Shown here piece after piece: positions 34,201 to 43,419 of a stretch of 64,000 nt of DNA. Numbering within the stretch: the first letter of the stretch is position 1; the number at the start of each line of letters is the position of its first letter. Location of the stretch: contig OX337228.1 of assembly GCA_946965045.2 (NCBI GenBank), forward strand, positions 1,488,001-1,552,000, read 5' to 3'. The notes below the pieces were generated by a model. It ran no database searches. It was not told the origin of the DNA and saw only the letters and a list, made by a program, of their open reading frames with translations. Made by a program: the position numbers and the translations under genes. This stretch comes from Epithemia pelagica. Taxonomy: Eukaryota; Protista; Bacillariophyta.

Positions 34201-36908
34201 TGTTTGGTTGACTTGATCCCATAGATATCAGTAACCAGAGTATCTCGACCAACAAAGATTTGTGCGACTTTACCGCCATGGTCAACAGCAGGGGTGTCGG
34301 AGAAAACCGAGTCAGTAGCAACGGGTTCATGGCGTCGAGGTATATTAAGGACCGGATTGCGAGCCTTGAAATGTTTCTTGAGGGTGTCGTGGTCAAAAGT
34401 AATGCTACCATTACGTGTAGTGTGCTTGAACGTATCGGCAATAACATCTTCAGATTGCCAACCAAAGAATGGACGGAACTTCTTCCAGTCATACGCTTCC
34501 TGGTAACGACGGTGGACAGAGGCATGAAGTGTAGGATCATTACCTTCTGCGTCAGCATAGATAGAAAAGAAGGGTGCGTCGTCAGGTCCATGATCGTATG
34601 GGAGATCCAAAAGGAGATTGAGGTTACAAACAACACGATCAGTGTACTCCCCATAGTTGTCATATGGATGGTTCGACATACTACCATCAGTCTGGACGTG
34701 TTTCCAATCAGGATCATTGTCAGAGGGTGTGGGAGAATACGAATGGTCCAGAACACCAGGATCCCAGGTGTCGGGTGACGTGAAGATGATCTGAGGTAAG
34801 GTATCCATGTCATCGTCGCTGGGGATACCCAAGGAGTGGATGTAGGCTAACCCATCCTTGATGTGAAGGGGTATGGCACGACCATCAAGTGTAGTGATGC
34901 GTTGTTTACCATCAACTTTAACAGATCGTTCATCAACAGCAAGTCCGAAATGCTCGAATTGACCAGGAGCATGGATAGATAAGCCCTTCCCATAATAAGC
35001 ATATTCATTGAAGATGCCGACAATAGGTCCATCATTGGTCTCAAACTTTGCGGCACATGTGACGACAGGAAGTCCAGTAAGTTCATGGTTATCAATACCC
35101 ACAATAGTGATATGGCGGCCAGTCTTAGAAAGGATGCGCATGTCAGAACCAGCAAGTCCTCCATTAGCACCACGGTCAATCAATTGATTCCCTGGTAAAG
35201 TAGATTTCCTGGAAAACAGATAGCGTGGAACATGTCCTGCTTGTTTATGCATGTTGGCTTTGAAAGTAACCTTCTTGCTCGTCTTGGACTTGGCGTTAGA
35301 AAGAACACTAGTCAGGTCAGTTGCCGGGTGATTGATATCAGTCGTCATGGCTTGGTTGATAAATTGTGTAACCGGATCTGAATCATCTGAATGCTCAGTG
35401 ACTACGCCAGGTGAGTCGTCATCAGATACAACTTGGTTGGGATCAGGATCAGGTTCCGGATCAATGTCGAGGGCATGTGTTTGCACTGTCCTCGGTGTTG
35501 TTGATGAAGGTGCTTGAATCATCTTGTTATATTCAATGATCAACTTGCGATCTTCTTCAGAAAGTTTGAACCATAGGTCACGCGGTAGACTAACCTTGGA
35601 CGAAGAGGATGGAGATTCAGATGTCGCTTTGGTGTTGTGGACATGATACTCCATATCATCTTGTGAGGTTATGTCAGCATCTGTATCTTGGCCATATAGT
35701 GATTCATGTTGTTTGACATGTCGACGGCGACTATGAACAGATGACTGGGTTGCTTGATCATGGTCATAAGCTGCGTCTAGAAGGAGACGGAAGTATGATT
35801 GATAGCAAAGGGATTTTGCACCGGATTTGGTGTTCACCACATTATCCAAGATCTTGACTCGGCGGAGATCAGGTACCTTTTCTACAGCTTGCATGAGGAA
35901 GGTCATCCTGGTATGATCAGGGATGCGATCAGACAATGTCACTAAATTGTCTAGCAAACGTAGCTGCTCTTGAAAGTGTAGAAGAAATTGACGTGTTGTT
36001 CCGCGCCATGTGTCGTCAAGACGTAGATTGGAAATGTAGTTGGTTAAGCGGAGGACTTCTCGCTTTGCTAGGTCGGATTCGGTATGCAAAGAGTGTAACT
36101 TCTGCAATACGGCACGCGCATCTTCATCATGTTCATGTTCACGTACATAGGCTCGACCTTGGTCAGTCTGAATGATACGGACAAGAACGGAGTAAAGAAA
36201 TACTTGTTGCTCTTGAAAAAGTTCTTCGGCATACTCATCATCATGGGGTGGTGTGTATTTGAAATTCAGAACGTTGGATAGGCCTTGAGCCTTAGCTGTA
36301 GTCTTGAATACACGCCAGAATGAATCGTAGTATCGTTCATCCTTGAATACCTCATATGCAGTTGCGTCGCGCTTAGTTCCCTTTCTGAATGCTGTAAGGT
36401 CTTGTTGAGATTGGGATGCGGCAGTAACTGTGCTGACAGATTTCACAGATGACGGTGACTTCATTGGCGAGACTGGGACTTGGCTAGGTGGTCCCTTAGA
36501 GAAATCTGTGTTGATCCTCCAAGTGTTGAACTCTTTCCTCGTTAGGTTCATCCAGTCGCTATTGGATAGCTCGTCTTGAATTTCATTGGTCTTGTATGTG
36601 GCCCAATAAGCCAAGAGCTTGATCTGCTGTCTTGTGGGGCCTTGTAGATCATGTGTCTGTTTGTTGACCTTGTATTGTGTCAGTTCCTTCATGGATTCCT
36701 CGGTATTAGTTTGCATATACGAGATAACATGGGTAATGTTCTCAAAACCATGGTATTTCATCCACTTCATTAAGTAGTCAGCCCTTTCTTTGGTAAAAAA
36801 TTGGCAGACAGTAAATATGATGTGGTCGAATAGGTCTGTGTCCGAGACATTGTCTTGGTTATCTTCTCCCTTAGGAGTCGTAGGTGTCTTGGGTGATTGA
36901 GGATCCAT
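31221..36908 (-). CDS. Gag-Pol polyprotein, unit 3 (1895 aa, intact; complete autonomous-looking unit)
   Basis: Same translation as unit 2. Confidence 0.95.
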   Translation of the reverse strand: MDPQSPKTPTTPKGEDNQDNVSDTDLFDHIIFTVCQFFTKERADYLMKWMKYHGFENITHVISYMQTNTEESMKELTQYKVNKQTHDLQGPTRQQIKLLAYWATYKTNEIQDELSNSDWMNLTRKEFNTWRINTDFSKGPPSQVPVSPMKSPSSVKSVSTVTAASQSQQDLTAFRKGTKRDATAYEVFKDERYYDSFWRVFKTTAKAQGLSNVLNFKYTPPHDDEYAEELFQEQQVFLYSVLVRIIQTDQGRAYVREHEHDEDARAVLQKLHSLHTESDLAKREVLRLTNYISNLRLDDTWRGTTRQFLLHFQEQLRLLDNLVTLSDRIPDHTRMTFLMQAVEKVPDLRRVKILDNVVNTKSGAKSLCYQSYFRLLLDAAYDHDQATQSSVHSRRRHVKQHESLYGQDTDADITSQDDMEYHVHNTKATSESPSSSSKVSLPRDLWFKLSEEDRKLIIEYNKMIQAPSSTTPRTVQTHALDIDPEPDPDPNQVVSDDDSPGVVTEHSDDSDPVTQFINQAMTTDINHPATDLTSVLSNAKSKTSKKVTFKANMHKQAGHVPRYLFSRKSTLPGNQLIDRGANGGLAGSDMRILSKTGRHITIVGIDNHELTGLPVVTCAAKFETNDGPIVGIFNEYAYYGKGLSIHAPGQFEHFGLAVDERSVKVDGKQRITTLDGRAIPLHIKDGLAYIHSLGIPSDDDMDTLPQIIFTSPDTWDPGVLDHSYSPTPSDNDPDWKHVQTDGSMSNHPYDNYGEYTDRVVCNLNLLLDLPYDHGPDDAPFFSIYADAEGNDPTLHASVHRRYQEAYDWKKFRPFFGWQSEDVIADTFKHTTRNGSITFDHDTLKKHFKARNPVLNIPRRHEPVATDSVFSDTPAVDHGGKVAQIFVGRDTLVTDIYGIKSTKQFVNTLQDNIRFRGAMETLISDGGSSLISHKVKDILRTLLIGEYRSEPYHQHQNKAENRYQTVKRMTNALMNATGCPANTWLLCLEYVCDLLNHTSSPTHSGRTPLEALSGRPPDITHLLFFPFWDEVYYRVDPAEPNSGSYPSSSDEKLGHWVGFAHNVGDSFTWKILTQDNQIIYRSAVRRVESTTPNLRVDRPSGEDSSDKDDNDKQADTVFIRSDSEDPSKPMPTIDFDDMIGRTFLCDTEENGERHRARVIKRVIDLNEEATKQEERVKYIYRKTNSDVDEMISYNQLMEYIERDNQAQTSGDNLFRFRDVIAHQGPLNTTDPDYKGSKYNLLVDWETGETTYEPLSLIANDDPITVAIYGKKHDLLNEPGWKHLKRYVKTSKRLIRAAKQSRIKQVHHSVKYKFGFQVPRNYEEAVTLDKQHGNTKWQDATELELSQIQSYKTFKDFGKAIFIKGKVSNAPEGYHKIRVHLVFDVKHDGRHKARLVADGHLTKEPVETIYSGVVSIRNLRIALFLGTLNDLEIWGADIGNAYLEALTGEKLFIVAGPEFKELEGHILIIYKALYGLKSSGARWHDVLFDVLTDMGFSPSKADPDIWMRKAPGEDCYEYIAVYVDDLAIISTDPGNICKILKEKYNFKLKGDGPIDFHLGCCYTKDSDGTLVADPRRYIGKMMDTFERIFKEKPKKAKTPLIGGDHPELDDSELLDEEGTNHFQTLIGQLQWVITIGRFDVFTATMTLSRFRAAPRKGHLDRAKRIYGYLAHLPEGAIRFRIGEPDYSSLPTQEFDWTRTVYSNASERIPEDCPTPLGRYVTTTHYVDANLMHDIVTGKSVTAVLHLLNGTPIDWYSKRQSTVETATYGSEFVAARTAIDQITELRHSLRYLGVPIRERSYMYGDNRSVVLNATVPHSILSKRHHLLSYHRVREAIAAKYVAFYWKDGKTNPADILSKHWDFVSIWPMLKPLLFWKGEVQDLNKSNDDKAETTSCGEC

Positions 36909-37228
36909 GGTGTTATTTGGTTGGTTCGATGTTTATTTAATGTGCGGTGTGATGTGGTTTATTTAATGTGTGATGTGATGTGAACCCGGATGTACCACGT
37001 GTGACACGTATGTACCACGTATGTAATACCCGGATGTGTGTTGTGATGTGCGACTCCTGGAAATTTCCGTTGATTTCGACAAATTTTCGCCGAGTTTCAA
37101 CAAATTTTCGCCGAATTTTCGCGATTTGACGGGAATGTGTGGCGTGTTGTGCGACCAAGGGTACCCGGATGTGCGTTGAGTTTAAGTCTTGGAAAGGTTT
37201 TGAGAGGACGGGAGTTAACTATGAGTAA

Positions 37229-38008
37229 TTAAGCTTCGGTCTCTGAATCCTCACCCTCTTCCGAATGATCAGAGTCGCTTCCAGGCTCAGATGGGGCAGC
37301 ACAAGCAACAGAAGAAGAGGTATCACCTTCAGCCAGGTGGTTCTCGACCTCGGTACGCAAAGGGTAGATAGTTGCACGATGGTCCTCGATGGTATGGACC
37401 TCGTGGATGTAGGCAACGTAGTTATCTAGGCGTACAACGTTAGGAGGCAGAGGGCAAGTCGTCGCGTTCACGACGTAGATGGTATTGCAGTATCCAGTTG
37501 GGCGCTCGAAGGTTAGGAAGCGGAGGTGGACAGTACGGATGGGGTTGCCCGAGAGGGCGGCAAAGATGAGGCGACGCCTCGGAGAGCGGTGAAGTTGGTC
37601 GTTCAGACGGTCAATGTCTTCTTGGTCGACGATGTGGGTCACCGATTGGAACTGGCGTTCGATCTGGGTCTCCCCACGGATGATCTCGGGATCGAAGGTC
37701 GAACAAGTTGGTTGGCGGAAGTACTTGATATGATCAGCAATCAACCGGGTGGTACGACGGGATCGAGAAGGGACGAGCCGACGAGGCGGACTCGGGGGCC
37801 GAAGCAACGGCGCAGGGATCGGAGCGTGAGGCTGGGTTGGAGTCTCGAATGGGTTGCTGTTGGAACTGTCGACGGAGATGTTGACCGATGTGTTGGCTGC
37901 CTTCGGCGTCGGCACCAGTTCCTGCTGCACCAGGGTATCGGGCTGCCCGGGATGCAGGTTGGCTCGATAGATCTGTCGTACAGGAGTGATAATCTCGTTA
38001 GTATCCAT
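37229..38008 (-). CDS. ORF0: additional 259-aa ORF between PBS and gag-pol (unit 3)
   Basis: ATG 37 nt after the 5' LTR, same strand as gag-pol; Pro/Arg-rich N-part, acidic tail; identical copy at 42604-43383. Confidence 0.7.
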   Translation of the reverse strand: MDTNEIITPVRQIYRANLHPGQPDTLVQQELVPTPKAANTSVNISVDSSNSNPFETPTQPHAPIPAPLLRPPSPPRRLVPSRSRRTTRLIADHIKYFRQPTCSTFDPEIIRGETQIERQFQSVTHIVDQEDIDRLNDQLHRSPRRRLIFAALSGNPIRTVHLRFLTFERPTGYCNTIYVVNATTCPLPPNVVRLDNYVAYIHEVHTIEDHRATIYPLRTEVENHLAEGDTSSSVACAAPSEPGSDSDHSEEGEDSETEA

Positions 38009-38031
38009 GAAACCACAAGGAAATAAGCTTT

Positions 38032-38044
38032 GAGACTGTTAATC
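38032..38044 (-). promoter_or_regulatory. Putative PBS of family B (tRNA-Asn GUU anticodon arm)
   Basis: GATTAACAGTCTC immediately after the LTR CA on the minus strand is the complement of GAGA-CU-GUU-AA-UC. Second copy at 43407-43419. Confidence 0.65.
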
Positions 38045-38827
38045 TGTTACAATTCTTTCTGAATCGTAGGGACATTGATGCTCGGTAGAGCAGACAATCA
38101 GGTAGGTCACCAACCGATACAAGCTTCTCAGGGTCAGAGAAGCAAGCAAGTCGAAGTCTATCAGAAGGATAGTCGGGACACAAAAGAGGATGTGATAAAT
38201 GGTGATATTGTTAGATTGTGTGTTGATTACTACGATAGGTCTACGTGAAATGTTCGGTCCTGCCAAGGGTCATGTATCATAGGTTCTTGGCGGCAACAGG
38301 TTTGGAATAGTTGGAGTTGATTCATGTGATGTATATGACATGTATATGTGGGCGGATAACATATACAGGGTCAACAGCTCTTGCTTTGGGTTGGCATAGT
38401 TGTTTTCATGGCGCGCAGCTTGTTGACAATTTGGAGATTGTGGGAATGGAAATATGGTCTCGCGTGATCGTGTGTCGTGCTTGGGATACTTAGACCGTTG
38501 GATCGGATAGATGCCGATAGCGCTCGGATGTCGCTTGGGCGCGCTCGATGATTTCGGGCGCGTACGCTTAGGGCGTTAGTATAATGTCCGAGCAACGGCC
38601 AAATTTATGTCCGTTGTAATACCGCACGACCCAGTTTAGTCTTGAGAGTGAGTTCGTCAATCTATTCTCACTTTTCATGATTTGCGAAGAAATATAGGTC
38701 GATATAGCGCGAAGCTAGGAAACATAGCTCGAAGCTAGAGGGCATGATGCGATAGCACGAGGCTATGTGACATGGGGAATCGATGAGATGTAGAATCTAA
38801 CCACCATAGACGGTGAGAATTCTAACA
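38045..38827 (-). repeat. LTR B4 (783 bp, 4 substitutions vs B1/B3)
   Basis: TATAATGTCC, TTTATGTCC and CCCAGTTT variants at about 38580-38635. Confidence 0.95.
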
Positions 38828-41800
38828 CTCCCCACAACTCGTCGTTTCAGCCTTGTCATCATTGGATTTGTTGAGATCTTGAACTTCTCCTTTCCAAAAC
38901 AACAATGGCTTGAGCATGGGCCAAATAGATACGAAATCCCAATGTTTGCTAAGGATATCGGCAGGGTTGGTCTTTCCATCTTTCCAGTAGAATGCAACAT
39001 ACTTTGCTGCGATGGCTTCACGAACTCGGTGGTATGACAGAAGATGGTGTCTCTTGGATAGTATGGAGTGAGGAACGGTTGCATTGAGCACAACAGATCT
39101 GTTATCTCCGTACAAGTAACTTCGCTCTCGGATAGGTACTCCAAGGTAGCGATATGAACCGGAATTGGGTTCAGCGGGGTCGACACGATAGTAAACCTCA
39201 TCCCAGAAAGGAAAGAACAAGAGATGAGTAATGTCGGGTGGGCGTCCGGAGAGAGCCTCAAGAGGAGTGCGACCGGAGTGGGTGGGGGATGACGTATGGT
39301 TCAATAAGTCACAGACATACTCAAGGCAAAGAAGCCAGGTGTTGGCAGGGCAACCAGTGGCATTCATGAGAGCGTTGGTCATACGTTTAACGGTCTGGTA
39401 ACGGTTTTCAGCCTTATTCTGGTGTTGATGATAAGGTTCGGATCGATACTCCCCAATAAGCAAAGTGCGAAGAATGTCTTTAACCTTGTGAGAGATGAGA
39501 GATGAACCACCATCACTGATAAGAGTCTCCATGGCACCACGAAACCGGATGTTGTCCTGAAGAGTATTGACAAACTGTTTGGTTGACTTGATCCCATAGA
39601 TATCAGTAACCAGAGTATCTCGACCAACAAAGATTTGTGCGACTTTACCGCCATGGTCAACAGCAGGGGTGTCGGAGAAAACCGAGTCAGTAGCAACGGG
39701 TTCATGGCGTCGAGGTATATTAAGGACCGGATTGCGAGCCTTGAAATGTTTCTTGAGGGTGTCGTGGTCAAAAGTAATGCTACCATTACGTGTAGTGTGC
39801 TTGAACGTATCGGCAATAACATCTTCAGATTGCCAACCAAAGAATGGACGGAACTTCTTCCAGTCATACGCTTCCTGGTAACGACGGTGGACAGAGGCAT
39901 GAAGTGTAGGATCATTACCTTCTGCGTCAGCATAGATAGAAAAGAAGGGTGCGTCGTCAGGTCCATGATCGTATGGGAGATCCAAAAGGAGATTGAGGTT
40001 ACAAACAACACGATCAGTGTACTCCCCATAGTTGTCATATGGATGGTTCGACATACTACCATCAGTCTGGACGTGTTTCCAATCAGGATCATTGTCAGAG
40101 GGTGTGGGAGAATACGAATGGTCCAGAACACCAGGATCCCAGGTGTCGGGTGACGTGAAGATGATCTGAGGTAAGGTATCCATGTCATCGTCGCTGGGGA
40201 TACCCAAGGAGTGGATGTAGGCTAACCCATCCTTGATGTGAAGGGGTATGGCACGACCATCAAGTGTAGTGATGCGTTGTTTACCATCAACTTTAACAGA
40301 TCGTTCATCAACAGCAAGTCCGAAATGCTCGAATTGACCAGGAGCATGGATAGATAAGCCCTTCCCATAATAAGCATATTCATTGAAGATGCCGACAATA
40401 GGTCCATCATTGGTCTCAAACTTTGCGGCACATGTGACGACAGGAAGTCCAGTAAGTTCATGGTTATCAATACCCACAATAGTGATATGGCGGCCAGTCT
40501 TAGAAAGGATGCGCATGTCAGAACCAGCAAGTCCTCCATTAGCACCACGGTCAATCAATTGATTCCCTGGTAAAGTAGATTTCCTGGAAAACAGATAGCG
40601 TGGAACATGTCCTGCTTGTTTATGCATGTTGGCTTTGAAAGTAACCTTCTTGCTCGTCTTGGACTTGGCGTTAGAAAGAACACTAGTCAGGTCAGTTGCC
40701 GGGTGATTGATATCAGTCGTCATGGCTTGGTTGATAAATTGTGTAACCGGATCTGAATCATCTGAATGCTCAGTGACTACGCCAGGTGAGTCGTCATCAG
40801 ATACAACTTGGTTGGGATCAGGATCAGGTTCCGGATCAATGTCGAGGGCATGTGTTTGCACTGTCCTCGGTGTTGTTGATGAAGGTGCTTGAATCATCTT
40901 GTTATATTCAATGATCAACTTGCGATCTTCTTCAGAAAGTTTGAACCATAGGTCACGCGGTAGACTAACCTTGGACGAAGAGGATGGAGATTCAGATGTC
41001 GCTTTGGTGTTGTGGACATGATACTCCATATCATCTTGTGAGGTTATGTCAGCATCTGTATCTTGGCCATATAGTGATTCATGTTGTTTGACATGTCGAC
41101 GGCGACTATGAACAGATGACTGGGTTGCTTGATCATGGTCATAAGCTGCGTCTAGAAGGAGACGGAAGTATGATTGATAGCAAAGGGATTTTGCACCGGA
41201 TTTGGTGTTCACCACATTATCCAAGATCTTGACTCGGCGGAGATCAGGTACCTTTTCTACAGCTTGCATGAGGAAGGTCATCCTGGTATGATCAGGGATG
41301 CGATCAGACAATGTCACTAAATTGTCTAGCAAACGTAGCTGCTCTTGAAAGTGTAGAAGAAATTGACGTGTTGTTCCGCGCCATGTGTCGTCAAGACGTA
41401 GATTGGAAATGTAGTTGGTTAAGCGGAGGACTTCTCGCTTTGCTAGGTCGGATTCGGTATGCAAAGAGTGTAACTTCTGCAATACGGCACGCGCATCTTC
41501 ATCATGTTCATGTTCACGTACATAGGCTCGACCTTGGTCAGTCTGAATGATACGGACAAGAACGGAGTAAAGAAATACTTGTTGCTCTTGAAAAAGTTCT
41601 TCGGCATACTCATCATCATGGGGTGGTGTGTATTTGAAATTCAGAACGTTGGATAGGCCTTGAGCCTTAGCTGTAGTCTTGAATACACGCCAGAATGAAT
41701 CGTAGTATCGTTCATCCTTGAATACCTCATATGCAGTTGCGTCGCGCTTAGTTCCCTTTCTGAATGCTGTAAGGTCTTGTTGAGATTGGGATGCGGCAGT

Positions 41801-42283
41801 AACTGTGCTGACAGATTTCACAGATGACGGTGACTTCATTGGCGAGACTGGGACTTGGCTAGGTGGTCCCTTAGAGAAATCTGTGTTGATCCTCCAAGTG
41901 TTGAACTCTTTCCTCGTTAGGTTCATCCAGTCGCTATTGGATAGCTCGTCTTGAATTTCATTGGTCTTGTATGTGGCCCAATAAGCCAAGAGCTTGATCT
42001 GCTGTCTTGTGGGGCCTTGTAGATCATGTGTCTGTTTGTTGACCTTGTATTGTGTCAGTTCCTTCATGGATTCCTCGGTATTAGTTTGCATATACGAGAT
42101 AACATGGGTAATGTTCTCAAAACCATGGTATTTCATCCACTTCATTAAGTAGTCAGCCCTTTCTTTGGTAAAAAATTGGCAGACAGTAAATATGATGTGG
42201 TCGAATAGGTCTGTGTCCGAGACATTGTCTTGGTTATCTTCTCCCTTAGGAGTCGTAGGTGTCTTGGGTGATTGAGGATCCAT
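38822..42283 (-). CDS. Internally deleted Gag-PR-IN/RH-tail fusion, unit 4 (1153 aa)
   Basis: In-frame loss of 742 codons (2226 bp) at junction 39150/39151, fusing ...PNSGS to YRYLGVPIRERS. Confidence 0.92.
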   Translation of the reverse strand: MDPQSPKTPTTPKGEDNQDNVSDTDLFDHIIFTVCQFFTKERADYLMKWMKYHGFENITHVISYMQTNTEESMKELTQYKVNKQTHDLQGPTRQQIKLLAYWATYKTNEIQDELSNSDWMNLTRKEFNTWRINTDFSKGPPSQVPVSPMKSPSSVKSVSTVTAASQSQQDLTAFRKGTKRDATAYEVFKDERYYDSFWRVFKTTAKAQGLSNVLNFKYTPPHDDEYAEELFQEQQVFLYSVLVRIIQTDQGRAYVREHEHDEDARAVLQKLHSLHTESDLAKREVLRLTNYISNLRLDDTWRGTTRQFLLHFQEQLRLLDNLVTLSDRIPDHTRMTFLMQAVEKVPDLRRVKILDNVVNTKSGAKSLCYQSYFRLLLDAAYDHDQATQSSVHSRRRHVKQHESLYGQDTDADITSQDDMEYHVHNTKATSESPSSSSKVSLPRDLWFKLSEEDRKLIIEYNKMIQAPSSTTPRTVQTHALDIDPEPDPDPNQVVSDDDSPGVVTEHSDDSDPVTQFINQAMTTDINHPATDLTSVLSNAKSKTSKKVTFKANMHKQAGHVPRYLFSRKSTLPGNQLIDRGANGGLAGSDMRILSKTGRHITIVGIDNHELTGLPVVTCAAKFETNDGPIVGIFNEYAYYGKGLSIHAPGQFEHFGLAVDERSVKVDGKQRITTLDGRAIPLHIKDGLAYIHSLGIPSDDDMDTLPQIIFTSPDTWDPGVLDHSYSPTPSDNDPDWKHVQTDGSMSNHPYDNYGEYTDRVVCNLNLLLDLPYDHGPDDAPFFSIYADAEGNDPTLHASVHRRYQEAYDWKKFRPFFGWQSEDVIADTFKHTTRNGSITFDHDTLKKHFKARNPVLNIPRRHEPVATDSVFSDTPAVDHGGKVAQIFVGRDTLVTDIYGIKSTKQFVNTLQDNIRFRGAMETLISDGGSSLISHKVKDILRTLLIGEYRSEPYHQHQNKAENRYQTVKRMTNALMNATGCPANTWLLCLEYVCDLLNHTSSPTHSGRTPLEALSGRPPDITHLLFFPFWDEVYYRVDPAEPNSGSYRYLGVPIRERSYLYGDNRSVVLNATVPHSILSKRHHLLSYHRVREAIAAKYVAFYWKDGKTNPADILSKHWDFVSIWPMLKPLLFWKGEVQDLNKSNDDKAETTSCGEC

Positions 42284-42603
42284 GGTGTTATTTGGTTGGT
42301 TCGATGTTTATTTAATGTGCGGTGTGATGTGGTTTATTTAATGTGTGATGTGATGTGAACCCGGATGTACCACGTGTGACACGTATGTACCACGTATGTA
42401 ATACCCGGATGTGTGTTGTGATGTGCGACTCCTGGAAATTTCCGTTGATTTCGACAAATTTTCGCCGAGTTTCAACAAATTTTCGCCGAATTTTCGCGAT
42501 TTGACGGGAATGTGTGGCGTGTTGTGCGACCAAGGGTACCCGGATGTGCGTTGAGTTTAAGTCTTGGAAAGGTTTTGAGAGGACGGGAGTTAACTATGAG
42601 TAA

Positions 42604-43383
42604 TTAAGCTTCGGTCTCTGAATCCTCACCCTCTTCCGAATGATCAGAGTCGCTTCCAGGCTCAGATGGGGCAGCACAAGCAACAGAAGAAGAGGTATCA
42701 CCTTCAGCCAGGTGGTTCTCGACCTCGGTACGCAAAGGGTAGATAGTTGCACGATGGTCCTCGATGGTATGGACCTCGTGGATGTAGGCAACGTAGTTAT
42801 CTAGGCGTACAACGTTAGGAGGCAGAGGGCAAGTCGTCGCGTTCACGACGTAGATGGTATTGCAGTATCCAGTTGGGCGCTCGAAGGTTAGGAAGCGGAG
42901 GTGGACAGTACGGATGGGGTTGCCCGAGAGGGCGGCAAAGATGAGGCGACGCCTCGGAGAGCGGTGAAGTTGGTCGTTCAGACGGTCAATGTCTTCTTGG
43001 TCGACGATGTGGGTCACCGATTGGAACTGGCGTTCGATCTGGGTCTCCCCACGGATGATCTCGGGATCGAAGGTCGAACAAGTTGGTTGGCGGAAGTACT
43101 TGATATGATCAGCAATCAACCGGGTGGTACGACGGGATCGAGAAGGGACGAGCCGACGAGGCGGACTCGGGGGCCGAAGCAACGGCGCAGGGATCGGAGC
43201 GTGAGGCTGGGTTGGAGTCTCGAATGGGTTGCTGTTGGAACTGTCGACGGAGATGTTGACCGATGTGTTGGCTGCCTTCGGCGTCGGCACCAGTTCCTGC
43301 TGCACCAGGGTATCGGGCTGCCCGGGATGCAGGTTGGCTCGATAGATCTGTCGTACAGGAGTGATAATCTCGTTAGTATCCAT
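42604..43383 (-). CDS. ORF0 copy (unit 4)
   Basis: Identical translation to 37229-38008. Confidence 0.7.
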   Translation of the reverse strand: MDTNEIITPVRQIYRANLHPGQPDTLVQQELVPTPKAANTSVNISVDSSNSNPFETPTQPHAPIPAPLLRPPSPPRRLVPSRSRRTTRLIADHIKYFRQPTCSTFDPEIIRGETQIERQFQSVTHIVDQEDIDRLNDQLHRSPRRRLIFAALSGNPIRTVHLRFLTFERPTGYCNTIYVVNATTCPLPPNVVRLDNYVAYIHEVHTIEDHRATIYPLRTEVENHLAEGDTSSSVACAAPSEPGSDSDHSEEGEDSETEA

Positions 43384-43419
43384 GAAACCACAAGGAAATA
43401 AGCTTTGAGACTGTTAATC

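Noticed and set aside
37140-37160. TGGTCGCAC as a conventional TGG-type PBS
   Set aside because: It is about 880 bp from the LTR and not adjacent to any LTR end.
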